Positions 57,962-64,000 of a DNA stretch of 64,000 nt are shown here, piece by piece. Position 1 is the first letter of the stretch; each line of letters starts with the position of its first letter. The stretch covers positions 7,081 to 71,080 of the forward strand of contig CAZIOI010000001.1 in assembly GCA_964540855.1 (NCBI GenBank), read 5' to 3'. This DNA comes from an uncultured Candidatus Saccharibacteria bacterium. Its GTDB lineage: Bacteria; Patescibacteriota; UBA1384; DTJR01. The notes under the pieces are model-generated. The model had not been told where the DNA came from, searched no databases, and saw only the letters and a list, made by a program, of their open reading frames with translations. The translations under genes and the position numbers were made by a program.

Positions 57962-58024
57962 GTATTAAGGTGCGTCCGAAAACTCAGATCACGACAAGAT
58001 AACAAAACAAACTGTCACAATCAA
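57962..58024 (-). promoter_or_regulatory. Cassette 3 promoter, TCGTG box and 5' hairpin
   Basis: TTGATT-17-TATCTT-g-TCGTG-ATCTGA-GTTT-TCGGAC...TTAATAC. Confidence 0.6.
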
Positions 58025-58075
58025 GAGCTAAGCAGCAATAAATATGAGATTGCGCACAAGATTTTTGGTCAAGCC

Positions 58076-58172
58076 TTGATTTTTCGCCAAAAATCCCTAT
58101 AATATACTCAAATTAATTAACTTTTCCCCACCAAGTGGGGACGAGGTCCGAAAACGGACTGGGCCAGAAAGG
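58076..58172 (+). promoter_or_regulatory. rpsF promoter and structured leader (possible S6:S18 autoregulatory RNA)
   Basis: TTGATT-16-TATAAT; hairpins CCCCAC/GTGGGG and GTCCG/CGGAC; CTTTTC can pair with the GAAAGG RBS. Confidence 0.5.
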
Positions 58173-58177
58173 AAAAA

Positions 58178-58753
58178 ATGCAAAATCGCTACGAGATCAC
58201 TTTTTTAGTCAAACCCGGCACAACCAACGAGGATGTGCTCTCTGTGTTGGCACAAAATAACGCTACTATAGACGCCACCAACGATATAGGAGAAAGAGAA
58301 CTCGCCTATACAATCACCAAGCACGACCGCGCTCACTATTGGTCCGTGTTGTTCGCCTGCGACCCATCCGTGCTGGTAAAGATCGAAAAAGCGCTGAGGA
58401 TCAAAAAGGATCTTTTGAGATTTTTGATAATCTCCAGATTAAGAGAAGCCGAGAAACCGATTGCCAAGCCCAAAGTGGAAACCGCCAAGGTTGTCAGCGC
58501 CGACGAGACGAAACCTGCCGTTAAAGAAGAAGTTGCAGCCCCGATTGAAAAAGTCGAAGAGAAAAAAGAAGTTGAACCGGTAGAGGTTCCAAAAACAGCC
58601 AAAAAAGTTACTAAAACCAAAAAAACAGCGGAAAACGCTTCCGAGATTAAAACAGTGTCAGAGAAAAAGTCCGCTAAACCAAAAGCAAAAAAGAAAGAAT
58701 TTTCCTCTGAAGAGCTTAACAAAAAACTTGAAGAGCTCGTCAAGGAAGATTAA
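58178..58753 (+). CDS. rpsF: 30S ribosomal protein S6 with long K/E-rich tail
   Basis: YEITFLV, GERELAYTI, LLRFLI; rpsF-ssb-rpsR order. Confidence 0.92.
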   Translation: MQNRYEITFLVKPGTTNEDVLSVLAQNNATIDATNDIGERELAYTITKHDRAHYWSVLFACDPSVLVKIEKALRIKKDLLRFLIISRLREAEKPIAKPKVETAKVVSADETKPAVKEEVAAPIEKVEEKKEVEPVEVPKTAKKVTKTKKTAENASEIKTVSEKKSAKPKAKKKEFSSEELNKKLEELVKED

Positions 58754-58762
58754 AGGAGGCTC

Positions 58763-59230
58763 ATGTTAAATTTAAACCGAGCAATGGTCATCGGCAACGC
58801 CACCAGAGACGCCGAATTGCGTACCACCCCTAACGGACATTCTGTCGCATCATTTGCCATAGCGACAAACCGCCGTTGGAGCGACAACGGAGAAACCCGA
58901 GAAGAAGTGCAATATCATGAGATAGTCGCTTGGGGAAAATTAGCAGAAATTGCCAACCAGATCATAAAAAAAGGTACAAAGGTTTATGCCGAGGGTAGAT
59001 TGCAGACCAGATCATGGGAGGGCCAAGACGGCGCCAAGAGAGAAAGAACCGAGATCATAGCCGAAAATATTATTGCCCTTTCCGGTCGCCCGGGATCGGG
59101 CTCCGGTGGAGATTATCAGGCACCCAACGCGCCGACAGCCTCCGATAAGCCGGAGAAAAACCCTGTAAAACCTAAGGCTAAAGAAGAACCAATCGAAGAC
59201 GAGATAAACTTGGACGATATCCCGTTTTAA
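58763..59230 (+). CDS. ssb: Single-stranded DNA-binding protein
   Basis: LNRAMVIGN, EGRLQTRSW, C-terminal DDIPF. Confidence 0.97.
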   Translation: MLNLNRAMVIGNATRDAELRTTPNGHSVASFAIATNRRWSDNGETREEVQYHEIVAWGKLAEIANQIIKKGTKVYAEGRLQTRSWEGQDGAKRERTEIIAENIIALSGRPGSGSGGDYQAPNAPTASDKPEKNPVKPKAKEEPIEDEINLDDIPF

Positions 59231-59249
59231 TAATTAGAGGAATCAAAAA

Positions 59250-59444
59250 ATGAGATGCTACGCATGCAAAAACAACATTGTAGATTTTGATCACAAAGAA
59301 TCAAGCCTCGGAAGGTATCTTTCGGGTTGGGGCAAGATTAAGACTCGCAGAGAGACCAGATTTTGCTCGAAACACCAAAGAAATCTTGCAACAGCAATAA
59401 AAAGGGCTCGTTTCTTGGCAATTTTGCCGTACACCAATAGATAA
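59250..59444 (+). CDS. rpsR: 30S ribosomal protein S18 (zinc-binding form)
   Basis: CxxC..GKI..RR.T..CSKHQR....AIKRAR.LA.LPY. Confidence 0.95.
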   Translation: MRCYACKNNIVDFDHKESSLGRYLSGWGKIKTRRETRFCSKHQRNLATAIKRARFLAILPYTNR

Positions 59445-59488
59445 TAACTTAATCTAGCTGTAAAATAGCGAGGGAGCTACGTTTTATT

Positions 59489-60058
59489 ATGCTAAATATC
59501 AGTGATCTTCAGGTTGGCACTTTTCTCATATACAATGGCCAGCCTCACCAGTTGGCATGGAAAGAACATTCCAAGCTCGGTCGGGGCGGGGCGATTTTGC
59601 GAAGCAAACTCAAAAACCTCATCTCCGGTGCGCTTTTTGATATCACCTTCAAAGGCAACGAAAAGCTTGAAGAGGCTGATATTACGCGGGCCAAAGCGCA
59701 ATTCACCTATCGAGATCAAGGTGGGCACCATTTTATGAATATGGAAACCTACGAACAATATGATCTCTCGGATTCGGTTGTCGGTAAATCCGGAGAATTC
59801 CTCAAAGAAGGCATGGAAGTCGATGTATTAAATTGGAACTCTAACCCGATAAATGTCAATTTACCCATCAAGGTCGATCTGGAAGTCACCCAAGCGGAAC
59901 CGGCGACCAGAGGGAATACCGCTCAAGGATCGGTCAGCAAACCGGTCACGTTGGAGACCGGCGCCAAAATCCTCTCGCCTATTTTTATCTCGGTTGGCGA
60001 CATCGTCAAAGTAAACACCGAAACCGGCGAATACGTTGAGAGGGTGAGCAAAAGGTAG
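59489..60058 (+). CDS. efp: Elongation factor P
   Basis: KLGRGGA loop, FMNMETYEQ, RGNTA, LETGA, VNTETGEYVER. Confidence 0.95.
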   Translation: MLNISDLQVGTFLIYNGQPHQLAWKEHSKLGRGGAILRSKLKNLISGALFDITFKGNEKLEEADITRAKAQFTYRDQGGHHFMNMETYEQYDLSDSVVGKSGEFLKEGMEVDVLNWNSNPINVNLPIKVDLEVTQAEPATRGNTAQGSVSKPVTLETGAKILSPIFISVGDIVKVNTETGEYVERVSKR

Positions 60059-60064
60059 AAAAAT

Positions 60065-61324
60065 ATGTTGAATTACAATCTTAAAACTCTCCCCAACGGT
60101 CTGAGATTGGCCAGCGCGCCGGTTGACTCTACCGAGGCAGTCACGATTTTAATCTTGGTGGGAACCGGAGGGCGATTTGAGACAGCCGAGCAATCGGGAA
60201 TCTCTCATTTTCTCGAGCATCTATTTTTTAAAGGTTCGAAAAAATATCCAAGCGCATTCGAGATTACAAGCGAACTCGAATCAATCGGCGCGGATTACAA
60301 TGCTTTTACCGGAGAGGAAGAAACGGGGTTCTACGTCCAATCGAATGCCAGCGATTTTCCCAAGGCGTTTGATGTCATATCGGACATGTTTCTAGAGCCG
60401 ATTTTCGATCCCAATGAGTTGGAGAAAGAGAGAGGAGTCATTTTGCAGGAAGCGAATATGTATCGCGATACTCCTCAGGCGCATGTCCAGAATCTCAACC
60501 AGCAACAGCTCTTTTTAGGCCAACCGCTCGGAATGGATCTGATCGGCAGCACCAAAAATATAAAAACAATCAGCGTTGATGAGATTAAAAACTATCGCGA
60601 GTTACAATATAGTGCTAAAAATACCATCGTCGTTATTTGCGGCAAAGCCGCCGACAAATACGAAAAAATTGTTGAACAAAAGTTTTCCGCGGTGAAATCC
60701 GGGCAGAAAAATGCCTTTAAACCGTTTGATAACACAACCAAGCCACAAGATTTTCTTAAAGAAAGCCGCAAGGTTGATCAAACGCATTTCGTGCTGTCTT
60801 ATCTATCTTGTGCCAAAGACAGCCCAAAGAAATATCCTCTGGCAATTCTAAATGTCATCTTGGGCTCCGGTATGTCCAGCAGACTCTCGATCGAAATCAG
60901 AGAAAAAAGAGGGCTTGCCTATTATATATATTCGAGTGTTTCGCAATATTTTGATACCGGTTCATTTACAATATCCGGCGGGATTAAACCTGATAAACTC
61001 GACGAAACTCTCGACATAATCAACCGCGAGATAGAAGACATCAAAAAAAACGGACCAAGTGCAATCGAACTCGAGAGAGCAAAGGGTAACTTGCGCGGTC
61101 AATTGGCCCTGTCTTTAGAGCAATCATTTAAGATTGCTTCTTACATAGCCGAAAATCTTTATTATTATGGCGAAGTCAGGGATTTGCAGGAAACAATCGA
61201 GAGACTAAACCGCGTAACCATCGGCGATGTACAGTCCTTGGCCAATGAGATTTTTAACCCCAACAAAAAAGCCCTCTCGGTCATAGGGCAGGGTAACGCA
61301 AAACGTAAAACGTATAGCGTATAA
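60065..61324 (+). CDS. M16 (pitrilysin-like) zinc peptidase
   Basis: GISHFLEHLFFKG (HxxEH), NAFTG.E, SSRL..EIREKRGLAY. Confidence 0.93.
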   Translation: MLNYNLKTLPNGLRLASAPVDSTEAVTILILVGTGGRFETAEQSGISHFLEHLFFKGSKKYPSAFEITSELESIGADYNAFTGEEETGFYVQSNASDFPKAFDVISDMFLEPIFDPNELEKERGVILQEANMYRDTPQAHVQNLNQQQLFLGQPLGMDLIGSTKNIKTISVDEIKNYRELQYSAKNTIVVICGKAADKYEKIVEQKFSAVKSGQKNAFKPFDNTTKPQDFLKESRKVDQTHFVLSYLSCAKDSPKKYPLAILNVILGSGMSSRLSIEIREKRGLAYYIYSSVSQYFDTGSFTISGGIKPDKLDETLDIINREIEDIKKNGPSAIELERAKGNLRGQLALSLEQSFKIASYIAENLYYYGEVRDLQETIERLNRVTIGDVQSLANEIFNPNKKALSVIGQGNAKRKTYSV

Positions 61325-61432
61325 CTGTTGTGTCGCTACGCGACGATTATGAATAAGTTTTTGAAATATACGCTGTGGTTATACGTTTTTCGTTTTACGT
61401 TATACGTTAACTTGTTGTGGTTATACGTTTTG
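61294..61432. repeat. Inverted AAAACGT/ACGTTTT heptamer-array element with central GTCGC-TAC-GCGAC hairpin
   Basis: Left arm 61294-61325, right arm 61378-61411; partial copies at 11530 and 46740. Confidence 0.8.
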
Positions 61433-61507
61433 ATTTAATATATCGTCTTTTATCTGTCCTGTTTTTTTGGTAAAATCGATCCAATAAATAATAAATTCAG
61501 GAGAACT

Positions 61508-61975
61508 ATGGAGAAAACACTCGTTATCATCAAACCGGACGCAGTCAACAGAGGTTTGACCGGCGAAGTCATCACTCGTTTTGAACAAAAGGGACTTAAA
61601 CTTGTAGCGATGAAAATGAAGGTCCTGCACGACAAAGAGCTAGAGGAACACTACGCTCATCATAAAGCAAAGCCTTTTTTCAAAGATTTGGTTGATTTTA
61701 TGAAACACGCTCCCGCAATCCTTATGGTATGGGAGGGCGTGCGGGCTGTTGACGCGGTCAGATTTCTGACCGGTTCAACTTACGGTGTTGAGGCCGCGCC
61801 CGGTACGATAAGAGGAGATTTATCGCTCAGCCGCTCAAACACCATCATTCACGCGTCCGATTCGGCAGAAAATGCCAAGATCGAGATAAATAGATTTTTC
61901 AGCCCGACCGAGATAACTGATTACACCAGAATAGATTGGACCGAAGTTTATTCGACCGACGAACGAGAGGATTAA
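61508..61975 (+). CDS. ndk: Nucleoside diphosphate kinase
   Basis: TLVIIKPDAV, HYAHH..KPFF, PGTIRGD, IHASDS. Confidence 0.97.
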   Translation: MEKTLVIIKPDAVNRGLTGEVITRFEQKGLKLVAMKMKVLHDKELEEHYAHHKAKPFFKDLVDFMKHAPAILMVWEGVRAVDAVRFLTGSTYGVEAAPGTIRGDLSLSRSNTIIHASDSAENAKIEINRFFSPTEITDYTRIDWTEVYSTDERED

Positions 61976-63081
61976 TGATTTTTTTGTGGCTTGTCATCGC
62001 CGCAATTGCAAGCTCTATCGGATCATTTGCTTTTTTTCGTTGGTCGCAAAAGACCGGTTTAGGACAACAAAAACCGCGTTCTCGTGATATTCACAACAGA
62101 CCGACTCCGCGAATAGGCGGTTTTGGTATAGTTGGAACTTTTTTAATCCTGATGGTCGCTGTCATAATTCTATTTGGCGATCGGTCTTGGGGCGATTTTG
62201 GCTTCCCTTACAAAATTTTTTCTGTTGCCGCCGACAAAAGATTACTCGGAATACTTCTCGCCACTATCGTTCTCTCGATCATTATGGTTTACGACGATCT
62301 CAAGGGCGCTTCCGCGCCGGTAAAGCTGATTTTTCAAATATTCTCGGCTGTAATTCTGATTTTTGCCGGCGTGGGCTTGGTTTATTTCAATAATCCGTTT
62401 GGCGATACTATTTATCTAAACTCGCTTAAAATCCCCCTGCAGATCGGAGCAGACATATATCATCTGGTTTTTTGGGCGGATCTGTTTTTTGTTCTCTGGG
62501 TTCTGATGCTCACCAACGCAACTAATTTTATCGACGGTCTCGACGGACTGGCTGCAACATTGAGCCTTATCTCAATTTCGATAATAGGTGTTTTAAGCTA
62601 TTCGATGGGACAAATGTCAACAGCGCTTATGTGCGCCATTCTGTCAGGTGCGATAATCGGCTTTTTGCCCCTTAACTTGCCCATAGGAGGTCGCGCCAAA
62701 ATGTTCCTCGGCGACACGGGGGCGATGTTTTTGGGATTATTGCTGGCAATTTTAACCGTTATTAGCGGAGGCAAGCTGGCAACGGTCTTGTTGGTCTTTG
62801 GTCTCGCCATACTTGACGCCCTTTATGTCATAGCAAAACGCCTTATCGGGGGTAAAAACCCTCTAACCACCGCCGACCAAAGCCACCTTCATCACCGATT
62901 CATTCGCGCCGGCTTCTCAAAGCTGGCAACGCTCGGCATAATCACCGGATTTTCTTTACTGTTTGGTCTGTCGGGACTGGTGTTTACAGGGAGAATAAAG
63001 ATATATCTTTTGATCGCCTTAGTTGCAGGGGCGTTTATAATGTTTTATTCATTAGATAGAAAAATTACAAAATCAAAATAA
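61975..63081 (+). CDS. MraY/WecA/TagO-family polyprenyl-phosphate sugar-1-phosphate transferase
   Basis: H..PTPRIGG, YDD, NATNFIDGLDGL, FLGDTG, DQSHLHHR; ATG overlaps ndk stop. Confidence 0.9.
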   Translation: MIFLWLVIAAIASSIGSFAFFRWSQKTGLGQQKPRSRDIHNRPTPRIGGFGIVGTFLILMVAVIILFGDRSWGDFGFPYKIFSVAADKRLLGILLATIVLSIIMVYDDLKGASAPVKLIFQIFSAVILIFAGVGLVYFNNPFGDTIYLNSLKIPLQIGADIYHLVFWADLFFVLWVLMLTNATNFIDGLDGLAATLSLISISIIGVLSYSMGQMSTALMCAILSGAIIGFLPLNLPIGGRAKMFLGDTGAMFLGLLLAILTVISGGKLATVLLVFGLAILDALYVIAKRLIGGKNPLTTADQSHLHHRFIRAGFSKLATLGIITGFSLLFGLSGLVFTGRIKIYLLIALVAGAFIMFYSLDRKITKSK

Positions 63082-63099
63082 TAGACTAAGATTAATTGT

Positions 63100-63576
63100 A
63101 TGATAATAGATTCGTTTGACGGGCAAAGACCTGATGAAAAAATAATCGCTGTTTGGCGGCGCCATCCTTTTGTTTTATCCAAAGCCGGATTTATTATAGT
63201 CGGTCTGGCATTATTGGGCTCCGTGCCCCTAGCTATGGACTGGGGCAATTGGGCTGTAGGCTTTCTGATTTTTGTCTTAGCGTGCACAGGGCTTTATGGT
63301 TTGATAAATTACTGGCTCTGGCTAAATACCATATTTATCCTGACAAACCAGAGGGTTTTCGCCATTTACCAAAAACGATTGCTCTTTAGAACAAATAATG
63401 AAGTGCCGCTGGAAAACATCCAAAATGTTTCGCACGCGAAGCACGGTGTATTCGAGATGCTGATGGATTTTGGTGACGTCGAGGTTGAGACCTCCGGTGC
63501 AAAAACGGCAATGGAGATCAAAGATGTTCCAAACCCTTACTTTGTCCAGCAAAAAATTTTGAGCAAAGAAAAATAA
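63100..63576 (+). CDS. Membrane protein with bacterial PH domain
   Basis: RRHP, 2 TMs, ILTNQR, IQNVS, FGDVEVETSG. Confidence 0.8.
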   Translation: MIIDSFDGQRPDEKIIAVWRRHPFVLSKAGFIIVGLALLGSVPLAMDWGNWAVGFLIFVLACTGLYGLINYWLWLNTIFILTNQRVFAIYQKRLLFRTNNEVPLENIQNVSHAKHGVFEMLMDFGDVEVETSGAKTAMEIKDVPNPYFVQQKILSKEK

Positions 63577-63601
63577 GAAAAATAAATGACAGGGTTATGA
63601 A

Positions 63602-63635
63602 TTATATCTTTTTCACGATCGTGAAAAAGATATAA
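63602..63635. repeat. Perfect 34-bp palindrome between convergent genes
   Basis: TTATATCTTTTTCACGA|TCGTGAAAAAGATATAA. Confidence 0.9.
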
Positions 63636-63655
63636 AAGCCAACTTTCTTAAAACC

Positions 63656-64000
63656 TTATAATCCAAATCTTTTTCTAAGCGAAGTATCATCATCGTTTTT
63701 TACGCTTGTCGCTTCTAGAAAATTCACATATTTTTCCACGCCACATGCATAACGTAGATCATCGAGGGCGTCAAAATCCGCAAATGGGCAGACAAAGACA
63801 CTGTTTTGGAGCTTTACAAATCCATTCCTCATCAAATGAGATCTAAGCATGTCTCGGCCGCCTCTCAACCTTTCTGGGATATCAAAAATGACAACTCGCC
63901 ACTTTCCATCCCATTTGCCATTTTTTTGAGATTTATTTTGAAAATTCAAAAATTTGATTTTTCTTTTGCCTTTGGGGGTGATTAAAAAACCACTCTCCTG
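63656..64000 (-). CDS. PaaX-like protein with Cas2-like central domain (5' part outside window)
   Basis: Frame open to window edge: ITPKG (wHTH wing), WDGKWRVVIFDIPE, GFVKLQNSVFVCP. Confidence 0.8.
   Translation of the reverse strand, partial: QESGFLITPKGKRKIKFLNFQNKSQKNGKWDGKWRVVIFDIPERLRGGRDMLRSHLMRNGFVKLQNSVFVCPFADFDALDDLRYACGVEKYVNFLEATSVKNDDDTSLRKRFGL

Noticed and set aside
61294-61432. CRISPR array from the periodic repeats (also 11530-11697)
   Set aside because: The period is 7 nt with inverted arms and no unique 30-40-nt spacers.
63656-64000. Cas2 / CRISPR system
   Set aside because: WDGKWR..FDIPE with an upstream wHTH wing fits PaaX-like proteins; there is no repeat-spacer array or other cas gene in the window.
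1-64000. Short antisense or nested ORFs in the track; tRNA, rRNA, tmRNA, RNase P; alternative genetic code
   Set aside because: The nested ORFs shadow well-supported genes, no RNA-gene signatures were recognised by eye, and TGA acts as a stop (e.g. tsaD).

Overview
A ~40-45% GC, gene-dense bacterial chromosomal window (translation table 11). Its content is typical of a Patescibacteria/CPR genome; this is inference from the short PheS, stand-alone 5'-3' exonuclease, FemAB next to MurE, PaaX/Cas2-like ORF and VirB6-like giant proteins. Housekeeping genes are rnj, udg, pnp, rpsO/T/F/R, lepB, holA, pheST, murE, tsaD, hppA, proS, ssb, efp and ndk. There is a ~16-kb surface-glycosylation locus (30.5-46.4 kb) and two accessory loci built around three paralogous ~950-1000-aa VirB6/TrbL-like membrane proteins (7.3-14.7 kb and 46.9-56.1 kb). 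The most unusual signals are: (1) three dispersed GC-rich single-ORF cassettes with unrelated ORFans that share an identically spaced promoter, a TCGTG box, a 5' hairpin and a 3' GC hairpin; (2) a palindromic repeat family with variable loop cargo, one copy inserted in frame into a duplicated tsaD 5' end; (3) gene-less inverted heptamer-array elements; (4) a missed CTG-start gene carrying a 4-Cys domain that is fused to a neighbouring paralog; (5) a Clp ATPase lacking both the M-domain and the ClpP-docking loop, next to exported proteins. No rRNA, tRNA or CRISPR array was recognised. All calls come from motif reading only; no searches were run.
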